From assembly GCA_951406725.2 (NCBI GenBank), contig OX597820.1:20832001-20896000 (forward strand): a DNA stretch of 64,000 nucleotides. The letters run 5' to 3'. The stretch comes from Octopus vulgaris. Its lineage: Eukaryota. Below the pieces are notes generated by a model, which was not told where the DNA came from, ran no database searches, and was given only the letters and a program-made list of their open reading frames with translations. The translations under genes were made by a program, and so were the position numbers. Positions 1 through 11,603 of the stretch are shown here, in pieces. The first letter of the stretch is position 1; each line of letters begins with the position of its first letter.

Positions 1-870
1 TTAGCTATCAGCCTTAAGAAGACCAACATCATGGGCCAGGCTACATCGGACATCCCAAACATACATATTGGAGATCACAGATTACAAGAGGTGGAGAAGT
101 TTACCTATCTGGGCTCTACCGTCACCTACATCCTTGACGCTGAGCTCAATATACGCATTGGCAAGGCAGATGGCCCAATCTCCAAACGGGCTTGGGACAA
201 CAATAAGCTGACCAAGACCACGAAAATGAAGATCTACCAGGCATGTGTACTCAGTACTCTACTGTATGGAAGTGAGACCTGGAGCACCTGCGCTGCCTCC
301 GAAAAATCCTCCGCATCAAATGGCCGAATCATATCTCCAACAAAGATGTCCTCAGACAAGCAGGAATGCCAAGCATGTTTGCACTCCTCACACAAAGACG
401 ATGAGATGGCTTGGGCATGTTAGCCGTATGAAAGATGGCAGAATCCCCAAGGACATACTCTACGGAGAGCTTGATAGGGGTACTAGGTCTGTGGGTAGAC
501 CGATCTTACGTTACAAGGATGTTTGCAAAAGGGACATGAAGGCCTGCAACATCAATATTAGCGGTTGGGAAGCAGTTGCCGGCAACCGTGGAGAATGGCG
601 ACGTACCGTAAAAGAGGGAATACAAAGGAGTGACAGAGAGAGAGAGGAGAAATGGAAAGAAAAGAAGAGATGTCAACAAGAGACTATGGCATTACAACCA
701 GCCAGGAACAGTCTTCGCTACATTTGTGGTACCTGCCAGAAGGAGTGTTTGTCCAGGATAGGACTACACAGCCACAGCAGGAAATGTATCAGGACATGAA
801 ATATAAAAGCCGGACTAGACTACTTTATGCTCAACTCCATTGTCTCCCGAGACAGAAAGGATGCCAACCA
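1..870 (+). mobile_element. RTE-clade LINE, 3' part of ORF2 (RT C-terminus plus C-terminal Zn finger), degenerate; continues left of window
   Basis: Overlapping frames 31-423 and 245-799 give RTE-type motifs FTYLGS, KIYQACVLSTLLYGSETW, RWLGHVSRM..GRIPKDILYGEL, GRP..RYKD, and CGTCQKECLSRIGLHSHSRKC; frameshifts/deletions; short 3' UTR ending near 870. Confidence 0.9.
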
Positions 871-872
871 AT

Positions 873-2384
873 GCATAAACTAAGAATATGCAAAAGAAAC
901 TAATAAATTATAATAACTAAGGAATTTATATACAATCATAAATATTTAGGGGTGAAAAAAGTATTCATACAGAATAAATTTATGATTTTCTAAGCCACAA
1001 AATACTGTTAAAATAATTTTTTTACTAGAACTTTCTCGTTTGTTCCAATAATCTTATCAGTTGTCATTTTTAAGTGTCAAAACGCTAGCTTCTTCATTCA
1101 GCACTGAGACAACATAAAGTAGTATCGTAATAATGGTGAAAAGTAAAGAACTCACAAATACAGTGAAAAACTTAATTATTGAACAGTGGAAAGCAGGTAA
1201 AAGTTACAGGAAAATATCAGAGATCCCTTGTATTCCATTTTCTACCATATCTTCATTTATTCAAAGATATAAAAAATCAGGAACTGTTGAAAACAGAATA
1301 AGATCGGGTGCACCACGCAAGATTTCCCCTAGATCTTTAAGAAAAATGAAGTGAAGAATTGAAAAAAAATGCAATGATCACTAGAAAGGAGCTGCAAGAA
1401 GATTTGTTAGCTTGAGGGACTAGTGTTACCTTATGAACAATCAGCAATGAACTTTATAGGAATAAACTGGAGTCATGCTCTCCTAGAAAAACTCCGCTGT
1501 TAACTAAAAGGCATAGAGATGCCAATTTAAAATTTGTTTATGAACATAAAGATAAACCTGATACATTCTGGGAAAATGTTCTATGTACAGACGAGTTGAA
1601 AATTGAATTGTTTGGAAGAAATTCACATAGCCATGTTTCGAGAAAAGATGGTACTGCCTATTCGCCGAAAAACACAATTCCTACCATAAAGTTTGGAGGT
1701 GGCAACATCATGGTGGGGGGGTGTTTCTCTGCAAATGGTACTAGCAATTTACATGTGATAGATGGTAGAATGAATGCAGAGATGTACCAAAATATTTTGA
1801 ACAATAATTTATGGGACTCTGTAAAAAAGCTCCGGCTTTGTGAAGGGTGGGTTTTACAACAGGATAACGACCCTAAGCACATGGCAAAGTCTACCAAAAA
1901 ATGGATTGTCGATCACAATATAAAATTACTAGAATGGCCAAGCGAGTTCACCTGACTTGAACCCCATTGAAAATTTGTGGAGTTATTTGAAAATTAAAAT
2001 TTATTCAAGAGCCCCAATGTGCATTTCAGATTTGAAGAAAATTTGTCAAGAAGAATGGGAAAAAATTCCTAAAGAAACATGCAAGTCATTAATTAAGAAC
2101 TACAAGAAGAGATTGGTTGAAGTGGAACTGAATAATGGTTATGCTACGAAGTATTCAATCAGAATTATCTGTTATTTATGTTCTGTACGAATACTTTTTT
2201 CACCCCTAAATATTTATAATTGTATATAAATTCCTTAGTAACTATAATTTATTAGTTTCTTTTGCCTATTCTTAGTTTACGCCTGTGTATGCAAATATAG
2301 TATTGGTATATCCCATTTATGTTCATTAGAAATTAGATATATAAAGAATTTTGACATGTACGAATATTTATTTCCCCCCCACTG
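873..2384 (+). mobile_element. Tc1-family DNA transposon with long IR/DR-type TIRs; left TIR truncated by the LINE
   Basis: 873-974 is the reverse complement of about 2181-2282; right TIR ends ...CCCCACTG (2384) followed by TA; inner (2184-2206) and outer (2357-2384) direct repeats gtacgaata...cccc. Confidence 0.9.
1133..2160 (+). pseudogene. Tc1 DD34E-type transposase pseudogene
   Basis: HTH region and GAPRK motif (1133-1354); TDE near 1590; KFGGGNIMV.GCF; QQDNDPKH; DLNPIENLW; interrupted by stops (e.g. TGA 1352-1354) and frameshifts. Confidence 0.9.
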
Positions 2385-2399
2385 TATATATATATATAG

Positions 2400-2612
2400 T
2401 TAACCCAAACATGATAACACAAAGAGAAAACACAACAACGCGAGGACGTGGAACAAGTATAGTGTTATTGGACGCTCAGGAAAGGAAAGAAAGAAGGAGG
2501 ATTTAACATTTTGAGCGGAGCTCTTCGTCAGAAACATAGAAAAAGGAAAGATCCAAGGAAGGGAAGATGGAGGAAAAAAATTACCAACAAAACACATATG
2601 GTCACATTTTGA
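2400..2612 (-). mobile_element. Penelope-like element terminal fragment with decayed minimal hammerhead (2501-2536)
   Basis: Minus strand reads gttt-CTGACGA-a-gagc tcc gctc-aAAA-tgtt-aaat; sits between (TA)n tracts; PLE assignment inferred from the hammerhead architecture. Confidence 0.55.
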
Positions 2613-2665
2613 AGGTATATATATATATATATATGCACACGCACACACAGAGCATTGAATTTGTC

Positions 2666-3004
2666 TTGTAATATATTGACAAGAAAGTAATATTTCAAAC
2701 ACAGTATAGCCATGAAAACAGCAGAAAGATTGCATAGTTTACCCTTAGAAGATGGAAAAAGTTGCCAGCAGACAGCCATGGGACTCAAACCCGCACCCTT
2801 CAGATACTGAACAAGTACTCTACCATTAAGCTAAACTGCCTGCTGACAACAATCTCTTCAAATTAAATGTCATAGTTTTTTCGGAATGCAACAACATTTG
2901 TAAACAAACTTTTGCCATCTTATAAGGGTAAAATATCTATTTTTTCTGCTGTTTTCATGGCTACACTGTGTTCAAAATATCACTTTCTTGTCTGCATATT
3001 ACAA
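2666..3004. mobile_element. Non-autonomous element with about 97-bp inverted arms enclosing a tRNA-like sequence
   Basis: 2666-2763 is inverted relative to 2907-3004; minus-strand tRNA-like fold at 2771-2840 with A box (tagcttaatggtagag) and B box (ggtttgagtccc). Confidence 0.65.
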
Positions 3005-3015
3005 AACATACATAT

Positions 3016-3477
3016 ATATAAACTGGGTGCATTATTGAAACTCCGACGTCTGGCAGCTTACTTGGCAGACACCCATAAAATTATTAACTATCTTACAAAC
3101 AATAACTCTGTGCACCTTTTCAAACTCTACCTGTCTAACACCCACGGACATGTTTACAAAGTCAGAAACAGCACAGCTCCCATGACTTTCAGAAACATTT
3201 TTTCACGCTAAGAGTTGCTGAAGTATGGAACAATCTGCAGGCATCAGTTGTTAGTTGTCGGAGCACTGCATCCTTCAAAACTTCCATGCTTCCTGAGATT
3301 CGCCAACACTACACCTGATTTTCTCCCCTCCATACACATGCAAGCATGTATCTAACTCATATACTGTTCATTTCCCAGACATTTGTACGTTATTGCATAT
3401 GCTTTATACACACTTTTGACAAGTTGTGGTGCACCTGAGCACTGTATACAATAATTTCATTATTATCATTATTATTG
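3016..3477 (+). mobile_element. CR1/L2-group LINE 3' fragment
   Basis: Translates (with frameshift) to LRRLAAYL..THKII...HGHVYKV...HFFTLRVAEVWNNL.ASVV......FK, typical of a CR1 ORF2 end; ends in (ATT)n; shorter relative at 13673-13900. Confidence 0.75.
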
Positions 3478-3660
3478 TCTTTCTGTAAATTGAAAATTTA
3501 GAAAGCTGACAAAAAAATTTATTAAGTCATGCAAGTGGCCATATGGATTAATTGTCTAATTGCATGATTGGCTCCCTCATAAGGATAATAGATGATCTCT
3601 GATCTTTCTCTCCCTGTGATTCAGTAATTCAGTTTTATCTGTTTTTCTTTACAATTACAG

Positions 3661-3755
3661 CGTATGAAAAATCGACTGTTCACCTGTTGGGTGAATCCAA
3701 ATAACATGGATTGTAAACTGGTTGGGCCTGAGACGATGTGTTTTTGCCAACATAG
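3661..3755 (+). CDS. FAM221A: FAM221A-like, first exon in window (RMKNRLFTCWVNPNNMDCKLVGPETMCFCQHR)
   Basis: Polypyrimidine tract plus AG at 3659-3660, GT at 3756; resembles recalled FAM221A motif NRLFVSW...MDCKLVGPETLCFCTHR; phase 0 to 2. Confidence 0.9.
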
Positions 3756-3939
3756 GTATTTATTTGTTCAATATCTTCTTTGATGATTTTGTTTCTGCTT
3801 ACATGTGAACCCTGTTCTTCTTCCCACTGAACTTAGCTTTTGACCTCCCTGGTTCACTATGCTAATGGCACAAATCCCTATTCACTATTGGTAGATCTAA
3901 ACCCTCCTGTAACTCTATATAGGGTAAAGGGTAAAGGGT

Positions 3940-4260
3940 AATGGACCTCCTTTGGTCATGAAAGACCATGGGATTGAACCTAGAAAGTTACCTTCTCAGG
4001 CACAAGTCTGGGCAAAGTTGTTTTTATGGAAGACCAGCAACCCCCTGTGCCTACCAGCTGCCCTTCTTCATGCCACCAATGTTATCCAAGGGAAAGGCTA
4101 AGGTTGATACAGCTAGGCATTAGTGATGTCACAACTCATTTCTACAGCTGAGTGAACTGGAGAACCTAAGATAAAGTGTCTTGCTCAAGAACACAGCACA
4201 CAGCCCAGTCCTGGAACTGAACTCATTACCTCATGATTGTGGGCTTGATGCTCTAACCAC
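3940..4260 (-). mobile_element. tRNA-derived SINE family D, diverged copy
   Basis: Homologous to 7378-7712. Confidence 0.7.
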
Positions 4261-4419
4261 CTATATACACTTCTAGAAAGAGTAACCTGTTGTCGCCCAA
4301 ATCTATTTCCACTACGTAACTTCTTTTATTTATTTTCTTTCTTTTTTCATTTTATTTTTTCCAATCATGTTTGTTTTTCCAACCCCTCATATATGTATTA
4401 TACATGTATGCATGTGTTT

Positions 4420-4473
<54 letters not shown>

Positions 4474-4476
<3 letters not shown>

Positions 4477-4688
4477 GTTTGTGTGTCTGTGTTTGTCACC
4501 CCAACATCGCTTGGCAACCAAAGCTGGTGTGTTTACATCCCAATTTATGTTCGGCTAAAAAGTGACCGATAGAATAAGTACTAGGCTTACAAAGAATAAG
4601 TCTGGGTTCGATTTCCTCGACTAAAGGTGGTGCTAGCATGGCCACAGTCAAATGACTGAAACAAGTAAAAGAGTTAAAAAGTAAAGAG
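4474..4688 (+). mobile_element. SINE family A, 3' half
   Basis: Shared tail ...gatagaataagtactaggcttacaaagaataag...gtcaaatgactgaaacaagtaaaagag. Confidence 0.75.
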
Positions 4689-4720
4689 TGTATACAAGGG
4701 TGTGCTGAAAAGGTCCTGCT

Positions 4721-4949
4721 TTAACCCTTTAGTGTTTAAATTGGCCAAATCCGGCCCAATATATTCCACATATTTTATATTCAAACTGGCCATATCTAGC
4801 CTCTCACACCTAACCTACAATGTCATTCTAAAAATAAACAATCACATCATTGAAACCTCAAAGCTACAAGGTAATGCATGATTAATTCAAAACATTTAAA
4901 TAAAAAAAGCATTACATTTAACAGAGTATTCTGAACACTAAAGGGTTAA
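4721..4949. mobile_element. piggyBac-like MITE (family P1) nested in a mariner-type MITE fragment
   Basis: TTAA-CCCTTTAG...CTAAAGGG-TTAA; host sequence gtgctgaaaaggtcctgct/aggtattacgaaaggtctgg is split at TTAA; relatives at about 21163-21330, 21674-21877, 48586-49136. Confidence 0.75.
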
Positions 4950-5353
4950 AGGTATTACGAAAGGTCTGGTTGGAGATTGGCTGTCCAATGGGCTACAAAC
5001 ACTTGGAATGATTGTGAACCTCAGCCCTCTAAAATTCCTTAAATGCTTGTCTTCCCTACAGCTGTTGACCTATGAAAGGTTCAAGAGGAACATTGAAGGA
5101 ATCAATGTAATCAGTCTAAATGGCCAACAAGGGCTGTGGGCACTGCCCCTTTCTCCAGACCCAACAAAAAGAAAACAAATATTAAACTCTACCTCCTCAA
5201 ATTTGAAATACTGTTATCTTTTATCATTCACTTGTTTGAGTCCTTGGACTGCAGCCATGGTGGGGCACCACCTTGGAGGGTAACCCCAGTACTCATTTTT
5301 TTTTTATGCCTGGCACTTATTTTAACAGTCTTAGAAAAAAACAGTTTAATATA

Positions 5354-5530
5354 GTGGGGTACTGGAAAGTTTCTGGCTTTAAGGGTATTGTAAAAAACCT
5401 GTTTGGAGGCCCAACCTTCTGAGTTCTTTTACAGGGCCTAGAAAACCTGAAGGACCGGTGCGATAAGTGTGTGAATTTGAGAGGGAGTATGTTGAACAAG
5501 ATCATAATTAACATCAGCAACCCCTCATAT
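5354..5530. mobile_element. Mariner-type MITE, internally deleted
   Basis: Reverse-oriented homologue of 28341-28556 and 38639-38856. Confidence 0.65.
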
Positions 5531-5557
5531 ATGTATTATACATGTATGCATGTGTTT

Positions 5558-5596
<39 letters not shown>

Positions 5597-5728
5597 TCAA
5601 TATAGGGTGGCAAAAAATTTTCGCAGAATTTTTTTTGCCACCAGCGGCCTAGTGGGAAAAAAGTAGTGGGTTGAATGGCCTATTATGGCCGTTCCTTAAT
5701 TTTGCTGTTATATATATATATATATATA

Positions 5729-5887
5729 CGACGGGCTTCTTTCAGTTTCCGTCTACCAAATCCACTTACAAGGCTTTGGTCGGCCCGAGGCTATAGCAGA
5801 AGACATTTGCCCAAGATGCCACGCAGTGGGACTGAACCCAGAACCATGTGGCTGGTTAGCAAGCTACTTACCACACAGCCACTCCTG
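5729..5887 (-). mobile_element. SINE family A, 5' half
   Basis: Reverse complement of ggagtggctgtgtggtaagtagcttgc...gggttcagtcccactgcgtggc...gaaagaagcccgtcg. Confidence 0.8.
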
Positions 5888-5968
5888 TTTTTATTACACA
5901 GCTGTATTTATTTAATTCATCATTCCCTTCCATTATAAAGTATCTCTCTATTTTTATCTTACTTCCAG

Positions 5969-6159
5969 ATATAAGCAACACAAGACTGATTTTGAGACCA
6001 TTCCAACTACAAGACCCATCATGCTTCCATGTCGTGTTAATGGTTGCTTATGTCAGTCATACCATTATGTTTATTCTACTGGAAGCAATTTTCTCAGGTG
6101 CCATTGCAAACATCCAGTTGAAGATCATTCAACACTCCATCCATTCAAGTGTAAGAAAG
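5969..6159 (+). CDS. FAM221A: FAM221A-like exon (YKQHKTDFETIP...LPCRVNGCLCQSYHYV...RCHCKHPVEDHS...CKK)
   Basis: ttccAG at 5967-5968, GT at 6160; Cys/His-rich FAM221 region; phase 2 to 1. Confidence 0.9.
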
Positions 6160-6337
6160 GTAAAGACAAAACAACAAAAACAAAAATGAAATTCTACATG
6201 TCCATGTGTACACTAATCATCATCATCATCATCATCATCATCACCACCACCATCACCACCACCATCATCATCTACAGTCCAGAATGTTGTTGTGTGTATG
6301 TGTGTATGTATACATGTGTGTGTAAATGTCTATATAC

Positions 6338-6410
<73 letters not shown>

Positions 6411-6412
6411 CG

Positions 6413-6724
6413 TCTGGCCTCCGTGCCGGTGGCACGTAAAAGCACCATCCGTTCGTGTCCGCTGCCAGCCTCGCCTGGCACGTAAAAGCACCATCCGTTC
6501 GTGGCCGTTTGCCAGCTCTGTCTGGCACCTGTGCAGGTGGCATGTAAAAAGCACCCACTACACTCACGGAGTGGTTGGCATTAGGAAGGGCATCCAGCTG
6601 TAGAAACTCTGCCAGATCAGATTGGAGCCTGGCGCAGCCATCTGGTTCGCCAGTCCTTGGTCAAATCATCCAACCCATGCTAGCAAGGAAAGCGGACGTT
6701 AAATTATGATGATGATGATGATGA
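6413..6724 (+). mobile_element. RTE 3'-UTR-derived repeat (family E) with (ATG)n tail
   Basis: Same sequence as the 3' UTR of the RTE fragment at 27623-28281; internal repeats ggcacgtaaaagcaccatcc. Confidence 0.75.
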
Positions 6725-6829
6725 TATATATATATATATATACAAATTGAGATAGGGGTTGTAAATGCAACCCTCCATGGGATAACATATATCCAATATA
6801 CTGCTATATATATATATATATATATATAT

Positions 6830-7027
6830 AGGCGCATCAGTGGCTGTGTGATAAGTAGCTTGCTTACCAATCACATGCTTCTAGATTCAGTCCCACTGTA
6901 TGGCACCTTGGGCAAGTTTCTTCTAATATATCCTCGGGCCAACCAAAGCCCTGTGAGAGGATTTAGTAGACGGAAACTGAAAGAAGCCCATCGTATGTAT
7001 GTGTAAATATGTGTGTGTATTTGTTAT

Positions 7028-7074
<47 letters not shown>

Positions 7075-7325
7075 GTATGTATATATATATATATGTATGT
7101 ATATATATATATGTTTGAGTGTCTGTGTTTGTCCCCACCAACATCACCTGACAACTGATGCTGGTGTGTTTACGTCCCCGTAACCTACCGGTTCAGCAAA
7201 AGAGACTGATAGAATAAGTACTAGGCTTACAAAGACTATGTCCTAGGGTCGATTTGCTCAGCTAAAGGCGGTGCTCCAGCATGGCCGCAGTCAAATGACT
7301 GAAACAAGTAAAAGAGTAAAAGAGA
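6830..7325 (+). mobile_element. SINE family A, full length, internal (TA/TG)n
   Basis: tRNA-like head (tggctgtgtg..aagtagc / gttcagtccc), central microsatellite, (GTAAAAGA)n tail. Confidence 0.85.
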
Positions 7326-7377
7326 TAGTAAAGAGTATATGCATAAGTAAATGTAGGGATAAGCAAGTTAGATCAGT

Positions 7378-7712
7378 AAAAGACCCCCTTCGGTCATGAG
7401 TGACCATGGGTTTGCACCTAGAAAGTTACCCTCCCAGGCACAAGTCTGGGCAAGGTTGTTTATGGAAGGCCAGCAGTCGCCCATGCATACCGGCCTCCCC
7501 TCTCCACGCCACCAGTGTTGTCCAAGGGAAAGACAAAGGTCGATACAGCTTAGCACCAGTGACGTCGCAACTCATTTCTACAGCTGAGTGAACTGGAGCA
7601 ACGTGAAATAAAGTGTCTTGCTCAAGAACACAACATGCAGCCCGGTCCGGGATTCGAGCTCACAACCTCACGATCGTAAGCTCGATGCTCTAACCACTGA
7701 GCCATGCGCCTT
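7378..7712 (-). mobile_element. tRNA-derived SINE family D
   Basis: Minus strand: ggcgcatggctcagtggttagagc...gagctcgaatcccggacc, then gagcaagacactttatttcacgttgctccagttcactcagctgtagaaatgag; copies at 13090-13432, 28583-28825, 33930-34248, 40210-40392. Confidence 0.8.
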
Positions 7713-7882
7713 AGATACATGAGATACAAAAAATGTATATATAATATTATATACATAAAGGAGCCAATTTACACAGAATAGAAATGATATCAAGAATGAA
7801 AGGGTTTAAATTTGTAATACTTTTCTTCAACCCCTTTAATTCTCAATATCACTTCTATTCTGTTCAAGTTGGGCCTTTTTGT

Positions 7883-9325
7883 ATACTCTTTACTCTTGCT
7901 TTTACTCTTCTACTTGTTTCGGTCATTTGACAGCAGCCATACTGGAGCACTGCCTTTAGTCGAGCAAATCAACCCCAGGACTTATTCTTTGGAAGTCTAG
8001 TACTTATTCTATCGGTCTCTTTTGCCGAACTGCTAAGTTACAGGGACGTAAACACACCACCATCGGTTGTCAAGCGATGTTGAGGGGACAAACGCACACA
8101 CACAAATATATATGCACACATACATATCATCATCATCATCATCATCATCATCGTTCAACGTCCGTTTTCCGTGCTAGCACGGGTTGGACGGTTTGGCCGT
8201 GGTCTGGGAAGCCAGGAGGCTGCACCAGGCTCCAGTCTGATCTGACAGAGTTTCTACGGCTGGATGCCCTTCCTAACGCCAACCACTCCGCGAGTGTAGT
8301 GGGTGCTTTTTACGTGCCACCTGCACAGGTGCCAGGGTGGGTCTGGCATCGGTCACGATCGGTTCGAGCTTTTAACGTGCCAGCGGCACGGAAGCCAGCC
8401 AAGGCGGCGCTGGCATCGGCCACGTTCGGATGGTGCTTTTTGGGGGTGCAGGTAATATAGGGAAGCACCAGTGGGGAGGGTTGGGGTAAGGAGGAATGAT
8501 GACAGCTAGGGTTGATGCAGGTTCGTAGGAAATAAAACGTAGGACATCACGAGTGGGGGAGGGGACTGGAAGGAGATAGCCGGTTGAGGCAGTGACAGAT
8601 TCAATAACAGGAGGAAACGTAGGATAGGTGGGGCGGTTGATGAGCTGCGGCGCTAGCTGCTTGTCTTGGTGGTGGGGGGAGGGGTAATACACAGTGAAAG
8701 CATGTGAGGTGGAGGGGTAGGAGGGAGAGACACACATAATGGTGGTGGGGGAGGGCATATCCGGTGTAGATGGTGTGAACAGTGAGAACAGTGTTCACCG
8801 GTATTGGTGGTGGGGGTGGGAAAGGGCGGGCGCTGCGAATGGTGAAGATCGAATTAAAGGATTGAAGGTACTTTAGAGAAACGGGCGGAAAATGGCGATG
8901 TTTTTTGGGGTAGCATAGAGAAAGAAAAAGGAAAGCAAAGCACGTTGGTGGTATAAGTTCAAAACATTTAAACGGTAGGCAAATGTATGTATGTATGAAA
9001 AAGAAGGGAGAAATCTTAGCTTGCTATAGACATCGCTGTGAATCGGAGAAGAAATGATAGGAGTGGGGAGAGAAGGTGCATATAAGTAGATTGACCGGAA
9101 GTCTGAGTTGGGGAAGAAGGAAGTTTGGTTGAGGCTAATAATGGCGATTTTGGGTTTGAAGGCACCGCGAATGGTGAAGATCATACATATATACGACAGG
9201 CTTCTTTCTGTCTATCAAATCCACTCACAAGGCTTTGGTCGGCCCGAGGCTATAGTAGAAGACACTTGCCCACGGTGCCACAGAGTGGGACTGAACCCGG
9301 AGCCATGTGGTTTGTAAGCATGTTC
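7883..9325 (-). mobile_element. Nested cluster: SINE A split by family E repeat (8127-8442) and a GC-rich insert (8443-9183)
   Basis: SINE A tail 7883-8126 and head 9184-9325 flank the inserts at the SINE's internal microsatellite. Confidence 0.7.
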
Positions 9326-9489
9326 ACATATACTTAAATGACAAACCTCTAGAAAGTTCTAGTTTGCTACAGTCTCAGTGTTGGCTTGGATCAGCTTTCT
9401 CCATTCTGGTTTCGAGAAGACTAATTTCTCAAGATCGGTATTTATGCAGTGTGTTACATGTATGTATGTATGTATGTGTGTGTGTGTGT

Positions 9490-9770
9490 GGAGGCACATG
9501 GCCTAGTGGTTAGTGCATCGGACTCACGGGTTTGAATCTCAGACTGGGCAATGTGTGTGTTTATGAGCGAAACACCTAAGCTCTACGTGGCTCTGGCAGA
9601 AGGTAATGGCAGACTTCTGTTGACTCTTTCGTCACAACTTTCTCTCACTCTTACATCTTGCAGCTCACCTGCGACGTACCGGCGTCCCGTCCAGGTGGGG
9701 AACCTATATGCCAAGGAAACCGGGAAACTGGCCCTTATGAGCCAGGCATGGCTTGAGAAGGAACAAACAA
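9490..9770 (+). mobile_element. tRNA-derived SINE family C
   Basis: ggaggcacatggcctagtggttag...gagcgaaacacctaagctc; related to 55715-56003 and 56970-57270 (-). Confidence 0.75.
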
Positions 9771-10620
9771 TTTATGTATGTTTGTATGTATGTATGTATG
9801 TATGTAAGTAAGTATGTTGGTATGTATGTATGTATGTACATATGTACTATGGTCTTTTTCAGTTTCCAAATTCATTCATAAGGCTTTAGTTGGCCTGGGG
9901 CTACAGTATAAAGCACTTGACCAAATTACCACACAGTAGAACTGAACTTAGAACCCTGTAGTTATGAAGCAAACTTCTGAAACACTCAAATGCACCTGTG
10001 AATAAACACACCTGCATCTACACACACACACACATACACATGCAGGTATCTGTGTATATGTATACACACATACATCTGTGCAAGCATACAGACCTACATA
10101 CATATATGTACATGCATACACAACTACATACATACACAAACACACACATACACAGCACATCCTTCCTAAACACGTTTATTACATAGCATTAATGATTGTG
10201 CTAATTAATTATTCTTCAACAGAGCAGAAGATTCAAATTCACTGAAGTGGGCTGAATAAAGCAAAAAAAAAAGCCTTGTTTTATTGGGTTATGTCCCTTT
10301 AAATTCTGAATCTAAATTTCCCTGAGGTCAATGACCGTTACCTTTCTTCTTTCAGGGGTCATTAAATCAAGTGGCACTTAAGTACTACAGTTAATTTAAT
10401 TGCTTACATCTCTCACAAATATATATATATAGGTATTATTTTAGCAGCACTTTGTCTGTCTTAATGTTCTGAGTTCAAATTCTACCAAGGTCGACTTTGC
10501 CTTTCATCCTTTCAGGGTCAGTAAATTAAATATTAATGAAACACTGGGGTCAATGTAATTGACTAGTCCCTTCCTCCAAAATTTCAGACCTTGTGCCTAT
10601 AGTAGAGCAGATAATTATTA

Positions 10621-10690
<70 letters not shown>

Positions 10691-10691
<1 letters not shown>

Positions 10692-10996
10692 GAGGCGCAA
10701 TGGCCCAGTGGTTAGGGCAGCGGACTCGTGGTTGTAGGATCACGGTTTTGATTCCCAGACCAGGTGTTGTGAGTGTTTATTGAGCGAAAACACCTATAGC
10801 TCCACGAGGCTCCGGCAGGGGGTGGTGGCGATCTCTGCTGTACTCTTTCGCCGCAACTTTCTCTCACTCTTTCTTCTGTTGGCCTGCTCGCTTAGCCAGC
10901 GGGGTGGTGTCATTTGAAGGCTAAAACAATGCGAAGCGCATTGTGACCAGCGATGTGTAGCAACATCTGATAGCCTGGTCGGTCACGGTGATCACG
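10691..10996 (+). mobile_element. tRNA-derived SINE family C
   Basis: A box tggcccagtggttagggc, B box ggttttgattccc; close copy at 48791-49101; head shared with 20752-21065. Confidence 0.8.
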
Positions 10997-11603
10997 TAGA
11001 TATATATATATATATATATAATGTATGTATATATATATAAAATACGTTCATATTTAGCTGTGTAGTGAAGAAGCTTGTTTCCCAACTATGCTGTGTTTCC
11101 CAACCATGCTGTCTCACTGCATAGCAACTTGAGCAGATAATTTCTACAATAACCCCAGGTAGACCAAAGCCTTGTGAGTGGATTTGGAAAATGAAAACTG
11201 AAAGAAGACCATCATGTATGTATGTATATGTGTGTGTATGCATGTACCTTTGTATAGGTACACACATGATGGTTGTGAATGGGCATCATCATCATCATCC
11301 TACAAGCAAAGCTGGTCATTTCCAATCTTCTATGGAAAACATGTCTAGTCGAGGGTAAATATTACCTTGCTTGGATGTAGGTGAGGCTTGGCAACAGGAA
11401 GGGTAGATAGAAAGTAGGGGAAAGAAAGGAATGTGAAAGAATGAGGAGAAATGACTGGCTTCCATACAGTTTCCATTTACCACTTTCTTACCACTTACTT
11501 GGCCCAAGGCATTCATAGAAAACACATGTTCAGAATGCTGTACAGTGGGACTGAACCTGAGACCATATGATTATTAGGCAAACTTGTTAACCACACAGCC
11601 ATA

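Noticed and set aside
7640-7712. tRNA genes at SINE heads (also 10691, 34180, 55935)
   Set aside because: They run directly into SINE bodies and lack a closed acceptor stem
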